Positions 11,141 to 26,969 of a stretch of DNA of 64,000 bases are shown one piece after another. Position 1 is the first letter of the stretch; each line of letters opens with the position of its first letter. The position numbers were made by a program, and so were the translations under genes. The DNA lies in the NCBI GenBank assembly GCA_964016885.1, contig OZ024744.1, positions 83,452,001 to 83,516,000 of the forward strand, given 5' to 3'. The notes beneath the pieces were generated by a model that saw only the letters and a list, made by a program, of their open reading frames with translations, had not been told where the DNA came from and did no database searches. Origin of the DNA: Eledone cirrhosa. Lineage: Eukaryota.

Positions 11141-14000
11141 GTTCTTTGAGCCTCATTCATTGATGTTAGTTAACTGGAAAGTTTGTTGAAATGAATATAA
11201 GCCACTACCTGCAGCCTCAGATATTCAGGACGTATCGGAGGGTCCTTGCTGTTCCAAGCAAGCATGCCTTTTGAAGTGTTCCAAAAAGCGGGGCTGGGCC
11301 AATTTTCTTTAACCATCGCTGGAAACTTTTTGAGATAGTACCTAGAGCGCCTATGACTTCATGGCAGTTCCAAACTCTTTTTACCTCCCACTTTAAGTCC
11401 TGGTATCGGTTAATTTTCTCCCTCTCCTTCTCTTGCACTCTCGTATCGAATGGGCAGGCCACATCCACAATCAGGCACGATTTTTTTTCCTTGTCCAAAA
11501 CCACCAGGTCAGGTCTATTGTGTTCCAGTTTCTTGTCCGTCTGTATCCTAAAATCCAACAGCACCTTCACCTGATCGTTTTCCATCACCGACTCTGGCTT
11601 ATGCTCATACCACTTCTCAGAATGTGGTAAATTGTTTACTTTGCATAGGTGCCAGTGGAACACCTGCCCATCACATCATGTCTCCAGCCTTTATAGTGAG
11701 TCTGGGCTAGGTGTTTACACTCGGATACAATGTGAGTCACAGTCTCCGCTCTCTCTCCACAGATCCTGCACAGTGGGCTAGCCTCCTCCTTGTAAATATG
11801 GTGCTTCAACCACTTCGTTTTGAGGGCCTGCGCAGGTCTCCTTTTTTCAACCAGTACCATGTCTGTGGATCTCTTAATTCCGTTTTCTCAAAGAAGGTAC
11901 TATGAAGGGATTTTTCATGAAGGCTGCTCTTTCTCCTTGATGTTATTTCCTCCTTGGACATCCCCTGGTCATTTATCTTCTCATTCAGTACAATTCTGAG
12001 CATCGGCTCCTTACTATCAGTCACGTATTTGTGTTGGTTGTTTTTCTCCATCTGAACACAGTCCTCTATGCTGATAAGACCTATTCCACCTTCAGATCTC
12101 CTTAGGTAGAGTATATCGCCATCACTCCTCTTGTGGAACATGTTGTAGAAAGTCCATAGCTTCCTAGTCTTCCTATCCATTTCTTTTTGTTCAGCAACAT
12201 TCCATCTCATAATTCCCGCACTGTACCTAATAATAGACACAGCTCGGGAATTTACTGCACTTATGGCATTCCTACTGTTCAGATGTGACTTTAATACGCT
12301 TCTTACTCTTCGAATGTATTCAGTTCTTATCAATTCCTTCATTGTTTTGTTCTTGATGTCATCAGCCTCCAGAATACCCAAATACTTGTATCCTTCTTCA
12401 GTGTCAATTTCCTTTATCATCTCACCTATTGGTACCTGGATTCCGTTGCTTCTGCTCAATTTACGCCTCTTCATCACAAGGGCTCCACACTTACTAATAC
12501 CAAATTACATACATATATCATTGCTGAAAATACGGACAGTGTCAACAAGCACATCCAACTCATTCTCACTCTTCCCGAAGAGCTTAAGATCGTCCATGAA
12601 GAGGACGTGATTGATGGTAAGCTCTCCCTTTCCCAACTTGTATCCTGCTCTCACTTTTCGCAGTACACTGGTCAGGGGCATCATGGCAAGGACAAACAAC
12701 AGAGGGGACAGACTACCTCCCTGGAAGATACCTCTCTTGATCTTCACGCTTCCCAAGGATTCTACAGCTGATGTTAACTCTGTTTCCCAGGACTTCATAC
12801 TTTTGCCCAACAACTGCCTGATGTTATCTGCCACCTTGAAGATCTCCAGGCTTTTGGTGATCCAAGAATGAAGCACCATGTCAAATGCCTTTTTGTAGTC
12901 TATCCATCCCATGCCAAGGCCAGTGTGTCTCCACTTGCAATTCCTCATTACCATATTATCGATAAGTAACTGGTCCTTTGTACCACGGGACTTCTTTAGG
13001 CATCCTTTCTGTTCGGACAGACATGTGATAGGTCTATAGTTGGTAAAATCATTACCCTTTATTCGGCCTTTCATTACCAGAACTGTGATACATTTTGTCA
13101 ACCACTCTGGTACCTTACCTGACATCAAGCAGACATTGAACAAGTTTGTCAGTTTCGGGTGGAGGGGTGTTATATTTTAATCCAATACCCCTGCACACCA
13201 TCTGGGCCTGGTGATTTCCAGTTGGTTAATTTTTTGGCCTGCCCCTTAAGAGTTTCAACTGTAATACTCAAATCAGTTTGTTGGTGTGCCTGTTCCTTTT
13301 GTACTGTCTCAATCCACACTGCCTGATCATTATGTTCAACACCCTGCTCCCATATTCCTCTCCAGAATGTCTTAGTTTGTTCCGCCTCAGGGATCAAGTC
13401 GTTGCCCCTTTCTCTCCCTTCAAGCTGTCCAAACAACATCTTCTGGTTGTTGTCAAACATGCGGTTCTCTCTATACTGATTGACTCTGCTCTCGTATCGC
13501 CTAATCTTTGCACTATTTGCTACAATGCGTTGCTTCAGTTCCACTATGATAATATTTAGCTTTTTCCTCCTAGTTTGGCACTTTATTTCCAGTCTGTTTT
13601 TAGTGTCTATGTTTTTTAGTGTACCATTCAGTAGGGACTCAAGCTTTCCAATGTCATTTCTCATTTCCCTGATTTGACCATTCAGTCGTTTCTTCCACCA
13701 AGGTTCTGATCTTTCTTGTTTGTTGTTTCCTCTCGCTTTTATGCCAAGTAATTTTCTCACCGCATTTGCTGTTGCTTTGAGGATATTGTTGCACTGGTGA
13801 AGGCTCCTCGCCTCAAGGTATGGGATGACTTTGTTTACCTTATCTGTTGTTTCTTTTAACTTATTTGGTTGACAGCCAGGTCCCTGCTGCTGAGCCACGG
13901 AGCACCTGCTGGGTGAGAGTCTGTCACATGACATTCCAGTCTCCACTTCACCGTTATTCGAAATGTTTAGGTTCGACATTTAAACACTCTTATCGAGGAT
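11141..14000 (-). mobile_element. R4/Dong-clade non-LTR retrotransposon (RT + CCHC + RLE), frameshifted
   Basis: Successive ORF pieces show KSPGPDGV, NYRPITCL, WIDYKKAFD, RGIFQGGSLSPLLF, LFMDDLKLF, YKYLG, CRICGERAETVTHIVSEC and NRPDLVVLD...VDVACPFD...EKINRY...IGALG. The 3' end abuts (TAA)n at 11125-11140. Confidence 0.93.
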
Positions 14001-14141
14001 TGGTGAATGTATGGTTACATAACCACCGGTGATTTCATGACCTCCGGTGATTTGATCATCCCCGGTGATTTTAACGTGGCACTATCACGCTGTAGACGAA
14101 CATAAATAAACAAACAAATAGGTAAAAACCCCCCAAAATAA

Positions 14142-14183
<42 letters not shown>

Positions 14184-14300
14184 TAATTTTTTAAACACCC
14201 AAGGTTCAAGACATTGTCAAACTGACCTACTTTTCTGCTGACCTATTAATAATATTAATATTACTTCTATAATATATTATATACATATATATATACAAAT

Positions 14301-14368
<68 letters not shown>

Positions 14369-14384
14369 CCACACACACACACAC

Positions 14385-14493
<109 letters not shown>

Positions 14494-16368
14494 TATATAT
14501 AAAACTGAAATTGTGTGTGTCTGTCCTAATTTTTGCAAAGTCTATACAAATCCACATTTCTACTCCAATTGACTTCAAACTTGAGTTTCTATATTCCTTG
14601 CGCTCTAAAGATGTTAACTGCAGCTTTTAATTTTTCAATTTTATGTGTATTAGGCGCCGGTTATCGAGCTCTCTCTCTTTCTTAGTCTGACGTTTTAGAT
14701 AGATGCATAGCTATAATGCCGCGTCCTCATAATATATCTCTGTATGTCTGGCTGTCTGCATTACGACATTATGACTGTATTGTTCTTATTGTTGACGTAT
14801 TATCTTCGCTCTCTTCCATTCATTGTCAGGGAACGTCTTCACAAACCAAAGTATCGTCTTCCTGTTTTCCTTCGGTTGCAATGTTTTTCGAAATATTTAC
14901 TTCTGCGTTCACAGATTGAATCTTTTAGTTTTAGAAGACCCCGTTAGGGGTGAAAGCAGCGATTCTTTGCTTAAACTTTAATCTGTTATTTTAATATATA
15001 TATATATATATATATATAATTATATATTCATGTACAGATATTTTTGCATACCCAAAAACAAATTATAAACAAACTTATTCATTTCACGAAAGCACAGACG
15101 GCTTATCGTCATTGTTACTGCCGATAAGCCACCCAAAAAGTCCCACTACTTTTGGCACAAGTCCAGCAATTACGTAGTCAACGGTTCGGCGTTTTTTTCA
15201 CTTAAACTTCAAGCCGACATTCCCAGTTGCTTTAATATTTTTTTTACTGGCGTTAAGCGGTAATTTCTATCTATCTTGGTACATAAGCGAGGCAAGCCAG
15301 CCCAGGTTAACAATTACACTTGAGAATACCTTTCGACGGTTGGCTTATTTTTCAATCAGTATGTGTCATTTACTAATTTTTTTGCTAACAATCCTGAGAC
15401 ATTACCACTTTCCCCAGTTGCTTTAATATTGTTTTACAATACTTCCTGAGACATAATCACTTACCCCGATGCGCACATTATTATTGGTGTTAGTACCAAG
15501 CCATATGCCCCATTACGTACATAGATAGAAATAGTGGATATTTTTAGAAATCCCCCGCCAAAAGAAAACCCCACACCTATGTTAAAAATCACGTATTCCC
15601 CAACCATCAAGCTTCATTTTGAAGGTGCTCTGCATTTCGGACAGACAATAGAGTGCAGATACATTGTAGGTCGCTTTAACCCGTCTTTTATTAATCAAAA
15701 ACTTCTTGCCAATAAACATTGAGCCTCTGTGCGCCATTCATCTAAGTGTAGACCAACAAATACCAACTAAACGGAGCGTTGACAAGAACGATGGCGAATG
15801 AATCTTCGAGGTAAACAATTTCATCCCGAGCTGTTTGTTCACGCGGGATTCTCTGCTACATCTTTTCATAATAATACCGAACTGCTGGTCACTCAATTCT
15901 CCATAACGGACATATGCAACGGGCAGATGGATCGGGTGCAAATCTACACCAGGCCTACGCGAGAAATTCGAGAGGGGATAGAGAGAAAGAGAAACTTAGT
16001 GGAAAGGGTGCGAATGAACTTTTGAGGTAAGTAGCCTACGCTTACTGCTATGACACTGGAAACTTCTGCCAACTTAACCTGTGACATTCTCTTTCACATT
16101 TACTCCAGTAGGCCAAAACAGAGTGGAAACACCGAGGGGACAACTATCACAGAAGGAGTATGAAAAGAGGGGTCTCAACAAAATTTCTATGATCAATGCA
16201 CGTAGACAGCTAAACTGTACTTTCAACTTCTTAATTTTCTCCAAATAAAACAAGTTTCCTGACGGTATATTTTCGTGAGTTTTTAACAGGCACTCACAAA
16301 TAAACGTTTCTCATTGGAGGTGCTATTACCAATGTTCTTATCCGTGCAACGCCGGGATACACTGCTAG
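14494..16368 (+). mobile_element. Longer non-autonomous Helitron of the same family, with nested insertion
   Basis: Same 5' end (TATATAAAACTGA..TGTGTGT), shared internal blocks and the same 3' end CCGTGCAACGCCGGG..ACTGCTAG|T. It contains an unrelated repeat at about 14760-14995. Confidence 0.65.
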
Positions 16369-16369
16369 T

Positions 16370-16427
<58 letters not shown>

Positions 16428-16451
16428 TGGAAGTGAGAAATGGCACAAGTT

Positions 16452-16504
<53 letters not shown>

Positions 16505-17732
16505 ACTTGTACCCTTTCTCACTTTCACACTTTTACTCACAGACAAAAATCCTGCAACGCTAAATTATTTACCACCCCCGCACGACAATCGAACTAAATG
16601 AACTAACTCTTGAAGAAATTTCTCCAATTTCTTTTGGATTCCGGATTTTACACTCTGCTAAAGGCATTCAAAGAACAGGAGGAGTGTTAAACTGGGTGGC
16701 GTGTACGTGCACTACTTAATGTCCGGCCTTTCGGAATTTGGTTATTTTAGTCATAACTGCACCAGTACATTCAGGCAATTATCATACAGACTATATTACA
16801 TTTCTGAACAGGCAAAGTTAGCCATTAAATTCTCTAGCATTATCAGCCTTTGTGTTACAGAAATATGCTTTTACATCAGGGTCTCACATTTCCGTAGAGG
16901 TCAGGAATGTTATCGCGATTTAGGGCTCATGATTCAAGGTCAATGTTAAATTAAGACAGTAAGAAATTACTGTTAACCAACATACATAGCTACCACTCCC
17001 GCCACACATTCACTCAAACATAGATCATATCATCTATTGAATAACACTGTCACGTAAGACTTAACTTGTAACGGCAGCGTTGGTATCGATATGTTAATTA
17101 TATTGTTACATTATAGAAGTAAGCTTTGTCTTTTCTCCTTCTTGTTCATTGTTTGTTCGAGGAAATATTACAGTTCTTTGTCTTTCGATTTAATACTATT
17201 CATATAACCTCTTTATAAGTCAGTCTTAAATCGGCCGAGGTTCACTAATCCAAACACAGTATATATACACACCTAATTGAAACCAATAGCCTGCTTATGA
17301 TTCAACGGCCATTACTACTTATATCAACACATCATACATACGTTTACATTTTGTTTAAAATTTTCAAATCTCAATTATAAAGCTCTAACCAATCTTCCGA
17401 CAAATGACTTCAATATATATTATTTAATAATTACAAGATGAGAACAGTTCCATATTTGCTGACCGAACACATATTACTTGACCCATATATTTATAGTTTT
17501 ACATTGTTACAGCTTTATTAATCTCCAAAGCTTTCAGTTAGTTTAAGTTTCCTTATTGTTTATTTGACCCTAAGAAAAAGACTAATGGTACAGTAAAATA
17601 ATTTCTCCATCACACAAAACAGAAATCCAGTATAATAGGAAACAATACGATGAAACATTTAGCAAGACCAATATGTTGCTGTTATTATTTTATAGTCATT
17701 ATGTTATTATTTTATATATGTTATTATTTTAT

Positions 17733-18130
17733 CGGGCGGTGGATTGGCAGTATCGGTAAGGATCGGACGCCATGCTTTGAAGCATAGAGTTACCTCCCTT
17801 TATGATCTGAGTTCAAATCCCGCCGAGGTTAACTTTGCCTTTCATCCTTACAGGGTCGATAAAATAAAGTACCAGTAATGCACTGGGATAATTGCTGGCC
17901 TTGTGCCAAAAGTAGAAACAGTTATTATTTTATAGTCATAGGGCGGTGAATTGGCAGTATCAGTAGAGGGTTGGACGCCATGCTTTCTAGCATAGTTACG
18001 TCCTTTTACGGTTTGAGTTCAAATCCCGTCGAGGTTAACTTTTCCCTCCATCCTTACGGGGTCGATAAAATAAAGTACCAGTAATGCACTGGGTAATTGC
18101 TGGCCTTGTGCCAAAAGTAGAACAATTATT
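17733..18130 (+). mobile_element. Two tandem tRNA-derived SINEs (family A)
   Basis: A-box-like TGGCAGTATCGG, B-box GAGTTCAAATCCC, body GCCTTTCATCCTTACGGGGTCGATAAAATAAAGTACCAG and tail AGTAGAAACAA(TTA)n. The body resembles the MetaSINE domain (from memory). Confidence 0.85.
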
Positions 18131-18352
18131 TTATAGTCATTTAGGCGAAATGCAAGATAAAGCTGAATACTGCAAGCAAAAAGTATCGAATTAACCCTAA
18201 GAAGACAAACAAGACCTCGCAAACTTTCCCCCTAATATTTTTAGCTACATTTTCTAATAAATTTTAGACGAAATAATATGTGGCCTGCAAAACGTACAGG
18301 TTTCTCTGTCTGTATGCCTGTCTGCCTCTCTCTCTCCCTCTCTCTCTCTTTG

Positions 18353-18465
<113 letters not shown>

Positions 18466-18703
18466 GTATTTATGTATGTGTATGTATGTGTGTGTGTAGG
18501 TGTGCACATATATATATCTTTATGTGCGTATGCATCAAATGCACGAAACCTTCAGATCTTAGGTATTTATATTGATATATGTGTGTAAATTAATGTATGT
18601 AACTAAGTTCGTTTGCGTGTGTGTATTTATGTATGTATGTATGTTTGTACGTATGTATGTGTGTATGTTTGATTGTATGTATGTATGTATGTATGTATGT
18701 ATG

Positions 18704-18734
<31 letters not shown>

Positions 18735-19381
18735 GTATGTGTGTATGTATATATGTATGTAGGTAGGATGTATGTATATATGCATGTATGTTTGTACGTA
18801 TGTATGTATGTTTGTTTGTATGTGTGTATGCATGTATGTATTTATGTATGTATGTATGTATGTATGCATGTATGTTTTATATGTATTTATGTAGGATGTA
18901 TATCTGTATGTGTGTGTATATCGATGTTCTCTGCGATAACCTTAAGAATGTTTGAAGTGTTAAATAATTTTTCTTGTTTTTTTATTTAATCTTTTTTCCT
19001 TAATATGTGAATAGAGACAACTGAAGTTTTTGAAATCAACGTATCTAAGACTGCAATATAAATATTTACTTTTAGCTGTAGATTTCAAATAATTATTCTT
19101 AAAATCAACATTTTCTTTAAAGTTCTAATAAATAATATATTGCAAAAATATAGAACTTTATATAAATAGATAATTTTTTTCAACAATAGCAATAACAACA
19201 CACAAAATAAAAAAAAAAACGAAAAAATGGTAGAGAATGGGAAGAATTTTGTTTCATTTTGATTTTTTTAACATTAACACTTTAAAAACACCAATAGAAA
19301 TGAAGTTTTTGAATAACGAAGAAAAATATTTACATCCATAGAATTTCGCATGATGTTACAATAGAAAAAAATTCATCTTAA

Positions 19382-19440
<59 letters not shown>

Positions 19441-19442
<2 letters not shown>

Positions 19443-20451
19443 GAAGACTAGGAAGCTATTGACTATCTACAACATGTTCCACAAGAGCAGTGATGTCGAT
19501 AGACTCTACTTAAGGAGATCTGAAGGTGGAAGAGGTCTTATCAGCATAGAGGATTGTGTTCAGACGGAGAAAAACAACCTACACAAATACGTGACTGATA
19601 GTAGGGAGCCAATGCTCAGAATTGTACTGACCAGGGGATGTCCAAGGAAGAAATAACAACAAGGAGAAAGAGCAACCCTCATGAAAAATCCCTTCATAGT
19701 ACCTTATTTGAGAAAACTGAATTTAGAGATCCACAGGACATGGAACTGGTTGAAAAGAGGAGACCTTAAAAAGGCTACAGAAGGAGCAGGCCCTCAAAAC
19801 GAAGTGGCTGAAACACCATATCTACAAGGAGTAGGCTAACCCACTGTATAGGATCTGTTGTATCCGAGTGTAAACACCTAGCCCAGACTCACTATAAAGG
19901 CTGGAGACATGATGTGATGGGCAGGGTGATCCACTGGCACCTATGCAAAGTAAACAATTTACCACATTCTGAGAAGTGGTATGAGCATAAGCCAGAGTCG
20001 GTGATGGAAAACGATCAGGTGAAGGTGCTGTGGGATTTTAGGATACAGACGGACAAGAAACTGGAACACAATAGACCTGACCTGGTGGTTTTAGACAAGA
20101 GAAAAAGATCGTGCCTGATTGTGGATGTAGCCTGCCCATTCGAGACGAGAGGGAGAAAATTAACCGATACCAGGACTTAAAGTGGGCGGTAAAAAGGATT
20201 TGGAACTGCCATGAGGTCAAAGTGGTCCCGATTGTCATAGGCGCACTAGGTACTATCTCAAAGCGTTTTCAAGGATGGTTAAAGAAAATTGGTCCCGCCA
20301 CGCTTTTTGGAACACTTCAAAAGGCATGCTTGCTGGAAACAGCAAGAACCCTCCGATACGTCCTGAATATCTGAGGCTGCAGGTAGTGGCTTGATATTAA
20401 TTTTAACAAACTTTCCTATTAAATAACATCAATGACTGAGACTCAAAGAAC
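19441..20451 (+). mobile_element. 5'-truncated second copy of the same R4/Dong-like family
   Basis: Highly similar to the reverse complement of about 11141-12175 (YNMFHK..DVDRLYL, KWYEHKPESVMEND, same 3' UTR). It is flanked by (TAA)n on both sides. Confidence 0.92.
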
Positions 20452-20524
20452 ATAATAATAATAATAATAATCATGATAATGATGACGATGAGGATGAATA
20501 TAATAACAATAACAATGATAATAA

Positions 20525-20705
20525 TAATTGTTTCTACTTTAGGCACAAGGCCAGCAATTCATCAGTACATTACTGGTACTTTATTTCATCGACCCCGTAT
20601 GGATGAAAAGCAAAGTTAAACTCGGCGGGATTTGAACTCAGACCATAAAGGGCCGTAACTCTTTGCTGCAAAGCATGGTGTCAGACCCTCTACCGATACT
20701 GCAAA
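20525..20705 (-). mobile_element. Family-A SINE
   Basis: Full body and B-box on the minus strand. Confidence 0.8.
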
Positions 20706-21097
20706 AGCATTGAATGTCGAACATTTCAATTTTCTTTTCATTTGTAGACTGCTTAGAATTTTGTATTGTTGCAAAAGTGTACCTTTTATAGCGCTCAAAT
20801 TAGTGAGAAGGAAAGAGTAACCGTCGGATACTTTAAATACATTTAAAAGATACCCCCTTCATACACACACACACATACACACACACACGTGTATGTATAT
20901 ATATATATATATATATATATAGTCAATCTGTACAGATTGACTTTGTTAGTTTCAGAAGATCCCGTTAAGGGTAAAAGCAGCGATTCTTTGCTTAAACTTT
21001 AATCTGTTATTTTAATAAATAGTTGCTCTACAGTTCTTATATATTTGATATATATTTATCCTTATCGATGGATTTTAGTCTTAAAATGTATTATTAT

Positions 21098-21198
<101 letters not shown>

Positions 21199-21616
21199 AT
21201 GTGGAAAGTTATAAATGTAAGATGGCTAAATCAATGCAAAATGGAAAGTGAGATGAAGGCAACGCAAACGTTAGTTACCTGGCAATCTGTGATTTTTTTT
21301 TTCGTTTTAATATTTCGGGACTGAAAAAAAACCCCCTTCGACAAAGCATTGGGAACTCTCAAAAAACTCTTTGAAATTAAATTTCAATTAATAACAGAAC
21401 ACACTCACTGTTTGGTTGGTTTTCGCTTCTGTATCTTTTATATCTCCATAGTTAATTTATTTGGCAATCATTGTCTATCATTGATTGACGAACGCTTAAA
21501 AATAGATATAAATATATATATATATATATATAGTCTATCAAATTTCTTTCGTTGCACATCTGCAACATCGTCAGTGGTACTATTTTGTTCTCTCCTATTG
21601 TATTGTAATGTCTATG

Positions 21617-21652
<36 letters not shown>

Positions 21653-23352
21653 TTAGTTATACTATTTATGGTTATGTAAATACAAAACCTTATGCAGTTA
21701 TAAGTATTTTTTATACTCACTCAGATGATTTACAGATCAGTTATATGAAATATAAGAATCAAAGAACTGTTCTTTGATTCTTATATTTCATATATATATA
21801 TATATATATATGGGGAGTTGCATGGTTTTGTGTTTAAGATGCAAATTAGCATCGCCATAATTTTGTTTCTGTCTGTGTGTGTGTGAACATATACAAAAAT
21901 ACATTGGAATTTAATGAAAACAATTTTATACAATCTAAACTTCAAGGAAGGCAACACCAACATCTTCCACGTATAAGTATTATTATAAAAATCATGGAAT
22001 TAGTTTTGATACCTGATTAAGATTTTTTAATCTGTAAGTTACCAAAGTTTCTACTGAGGATTTGATAGAAATGGTAACTTTCCCTCAATAACTGACCATG
22101 AATACAGTTGATAAAAAAATCAAATAAAACGATTTGCATTAATTAACGCATATTTGGCAGTGAAGTTGATTGAAAACAGTCGGGCTGATCCTTATTTTAC
22201 TCCCCACAAAGATAACGTATAAAACAACACGCTATTTATGTCTGTCCTATAGACACATTGCTGTCCAAAAATCTATAGATATATTTTTCAGTATCTAGTA
22301 GCATCATCACAAAGGTTAACACACAGTAAATTTATAAATAAAAATCCGATTTTCTGCACAACACATTTACCGTATCTTTATATACAATGCCGCTGCGGTC
22401 AAGATAAAGAAGGTTCTGATTTGCTAGGATAGAACCCGTCTGACCGATCCCTTTTTTAATCTATGAATTTATTGTATAAAAAAGGAAGTATTTTATGTCA
22501 TGTGTGCGCATTTGTGTCTGTGTATCTGTGTGTGTGTACGTAAGTATACAATTGATGGTTGGGTGAGAACAAACTGATTATCTGTAAGACATTAATAATA
22601 CTTGAATTATTCGGGGAAGGTTATATAAAGTTGTTTCTATATATTTCAGTTAAAATTGAGTAATCTAATTCAACTATATTTTCCTCAGATATGAATATAT
22701 TGGTTACAATTTATGAATACGTGAATAATTATTTCTACACACAAAAAAATTCAAATATATTTTACTGGTACATTATATGGATCTCAGCATTGAAGAGTAA
22801 GACTTAGAAACTATATTTTGACGACTATCGATCACAACATTTGGATATCTATATCTGTATGCCTATAGTATTCCCAACCGATCTCATTTAACTAAAGTCA
22901 GCTCAGCGATAATTACCTACATATATTGCAACACAAAAGTTTCCCCGAGCCACAGTCTAACGTTATGAGCAATACCATATACGATGACTCTCGTGTACTT
23001 CTATTTCAAAGAATATGGGAGCTGTTTATCGACAGAGGTATCACACACCGACTGCAATTGTACTCTTAAACATACTCAGTTTTGTAAAGAAAGCTTATCA
23101 TACTGTATGTTCTCCCCCTTCTCGATGTGAGAGATCTCACTCCACGTATCACTAAAGGTTGTCTCCCGTTGCTCTTTGGCAGTCAGAACGAAAGCCCTTG
23201 TCACATTAGTATCAAGTGGAAAAACCCGTTTTTTATGAAGTAATATTGCTATTCAGTCTTTCTCTCAATTGAATGCATAATATCAAAGTGTCCGTCTCTT
23301 GCAAAGTTCAAAACTAAACTTACACTCGAATCACTTTTGTTGAATATTGTTT

Positions 23353-23417
<65 letters not shown>

Positions 23418-24243
23418 CCCGTGTATAGTCGACTGTTTATGTAGTTGTTGATGTTCTTTCATCTGTGTTCAGATTTTCAAAAAATGGTTGCTTACATATT
23501 CTAAACGTTATTCATATTCCATGTTATTTTTGTTACTTTGTGATCCTTTATGCTCTGTTGGTTGTTATATTTTTGTGTGTATATGTGGAGGAGGACAGTT
23601 CTTGAAATACGCATAAGCATTTCTCTTTTACTAAAAATTACACGATGAAAGAAAAAAGAAAACAAAATGAAATCATATGTATATATATATAATTATGGAA
23701 TTATGTCGACCTTGTGTTTTATATCGTTTTGGGAGTCTTGTTTACTGCTATTGCTGTACATGTCATGGTTTACGAAATATTCAAAGAGAAACCCCAGATG
23801 TCAAAAACCGTCCCATCCTCTTCATGTATCACAATAAAAAGCAAACAAACAAACATATAGCCACCACTTGCTCAAAATATACAGTTTTGTATAAATCCGA
23901 ATGAAGAAAAAAAATTCGTCCACTTTGAAAGTAATATACTGTCCAAAATTATGGGATGTGAGATGAGCAACAAAAAAGAATATCGTGTCAATGCAAGTAG
24001 CAATAAGAAAAGTAATAGTAATAATTGTCTTTCACAAAAGCACTAGTTTGGAAATTATCGGGAGGGGTTAGCGGATAAAATCGACCTAAGTATTTGACTG
24101 GTAGTCTGCTTTATCAACGCTGGATATATCAAAGGCAAGTTGACCGTTTGATATTATTTGAAAGAAGAAGAAGAAGAAGAAGAAGAAGAAGAAGAAGAAG
24201 AAGAAGAAGAAGAAGAAGAAGAAAATTACTACAACTGCTGCTA

Positions 24244-24279
<36 letters not shown>

Positions 24280-24724
24280 GTGGTGATGATTATGATGATG
24301 ATAACGCTGACGATGATAAGAATGAAGATGAAGTTGATGATGATGATGACGGTGCTGAAAAAATGAAAGATAAAAATCATGACCCCCTGAAGGTCTTTAG
24401 GAGGTCACGGTTACGTATTGTCTTGTGGGTAGAAGCTACAAAGAACGGTTTACTTTAAATTAATTTCCATAGAGATATGCAGAATTAGCAGAGACATCTG
24501 ACATCACGTTGGTGAGATAACTTCTTTTGATGTCCTCCGGGTGTATATAGCAACATGAATATTGGTGTTTGTGTGTATGTGTGTGTGTATACATGTGTGT
24601 GTAAGTGTTTGTGCGTGTAAGAATTTGAATATATATAGAACGTTTGTGTTTATATCTTTGTATACATAACTATATTTACAGAGATTCACCTATATATATA
24701 GTTGACATTTAAATATATATATAT

Positions 24725-24769
<45 letters not shown>

Positions 24770-24810
24770 TATATATATACAGATATATATGTGTGTGTGT
24801 GTATGTGTGA

Positions 24811-24915
<105 letters not shown>

Positions 24916-25055
24916 AATTTCACCATCTCGCCCACTTTCTAGCTGTACTCTTTTCCTCTCTTTGTATATGAGATGTAGGAACAACGTAAGAGTAGGCAAT
25001 AATTGTAAACATATAAGAATACTTGAAAGAGAATATATCGACATAAGAGAGTATA

Positions 25056-25093
<38 letters not shown>

Positions 25094-26256
25094 TAGATAT
25101 ATTTAGATATAGATATATACATATATATTTATATATATATATATATATCTATTGATACATACACACATACATACATACATACACACATACACATACATTC
25201 ATTCGTATAAGTGTATGTATATGTGTGTGCATGTGTATGTGTTTATGCGCGTGTGTTTATGTGCATGTGTGTGCACACGTATGAATGTGTTGGTTTCTTC
25301 ATTGAAGAGTGATCAATGAGATTCGTGGCGTCAACCTTAACTTTAAATTATTTCAAATCGACTGCTAAATGAATGCAACATGTGCAGAGTTAGATACCAG
25401 AGCTCCGATGATGTTTTGAGGAAAGATTAAGCATGGCTGTTACTATCGGCCCTACGAAGTGGATATCATATAGATTGTTGAGGAACAATAGGACGAATGA
25501 GCTAGGAATGCCTGAATTGAGGTGGCATCACAAGCTGGAATGGTGTCTCCCTCACCATCATCCGGGAAAACGCCTTCTCCATTCTGTCCGCCGAATTACC
25601 ACCGCATGGACACCCTCCCCCCATTTGCTCATAATAGTGAGGTGGGGAGAAAAGGAGAGATGGAGGCAGTGACGGTGGCAAGTTGGTTCTTTTTTGTTCG
25701 GACCTGGTATACATGTGTATGTTTCACAGACGCACACTCAACTAGTTTCACAGACGCACCTACAACTAGTAACAAAGCTGGTTAATGCGGAGGAAAAGGT
25801 CACTGTCCACGGTGTGGTCTACATGCTAGAGTAATTGAATATGCCAACTAGTTGAATTACATTTCCCTATGTGCGATCTAGGTTGTTTGCGTATAGAGTG
25901 GCAATGCTCTCACAGATGTGGTAGCTGTATTGTATTTTTGTCTAACCCGAACATCATATAGTATTAGTCGGTGTAGCTAAAGGGTAACGGAAGTATATTT
26001 CGACTAAAGAAAACGACTGGTCTTTGCACAGCAGTTTTGTTTGGCGAAACCCCCGGTCATCTTTAGGTGAGGAATAGCGTTTGAATTAATAGAGAGGATT
26101 CTATTTGCATGTGATTCATATTTCGAGACAGTAAAGAACGTTTTCTTGTTATGTCCAGTTATTTTCTTTTCTTACTTTTGAAAGGAAAACAATTTTTTTT
26201 TTCTCAGTTTGTGTGTTTGAACGTGCATGGGTTGGTGTGTGTGTGTGTGTGCGTGT

Positions 26257-26374
<118 letters not shown>

Positions 26375-26537
26375 TGAGTGTGTGTCTGCGTGTAATTATA
26401 TTAACTATTGTGATTAAACATATTGTACAAATACGAAATACGTACAAATGCACACCCAAACAAACATGCCTATTAAAACACAGTATTAAGAAACATACGT
26501 AGAGTAAAATTCTGTTCTAAATTGGTTATTTACTCTT

Positions 26538-26579
<42 letters not shown>

Positions 26580-26792
26580 AAGTGTTTCCGTAGGAAAGGT
26601 AAAGGAAAGGAGAGTGCTCCATGTAGGCTACAGAGCTATTTAGTTATGTAATAAACAACACAAGACAATTATTCCATTTACCAAAAGCTGTCTTCGTGAA
26701 ACCTTTGGTAAATGGAATAATTATCTTATGTTTTTTATTACATAACTATATATATGTATATGTACGTATATATATATATATATATACATACA

Positions 26793-26829
<37 letters not shown>

Positions 26830-26864
26830 AAGCATATATATATATATGTATATATATGTATTTA

Positions 26865-26898
<34 letters not shown>

Positions 26899-26925
26899 AG
26901 TGTATATATATAAGTGTATATAAAA

Positions 26926-26969
<44 letters not shown>

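Noticed and set aside
16560-17000. Possible decayed PLE RT N-terminal fragment (SGFYTLLKAFK resembling FY.LPKIHK)
   Set aside because: Single weak motif with many stops; it needs a blastx search to decide.
17733-17830. tRNA genes at SINE heads (also about 37120, 37735, 46240)
   Set aside because: A and B boxes are present but there is no cloverleaf, and each is followed by a SINE body and tail.
22063-22085. CTGAGGA...GAAATGGTA hammerhead-like spacing
   Set aside because: No stem II or stem I pairing; expected by chance.
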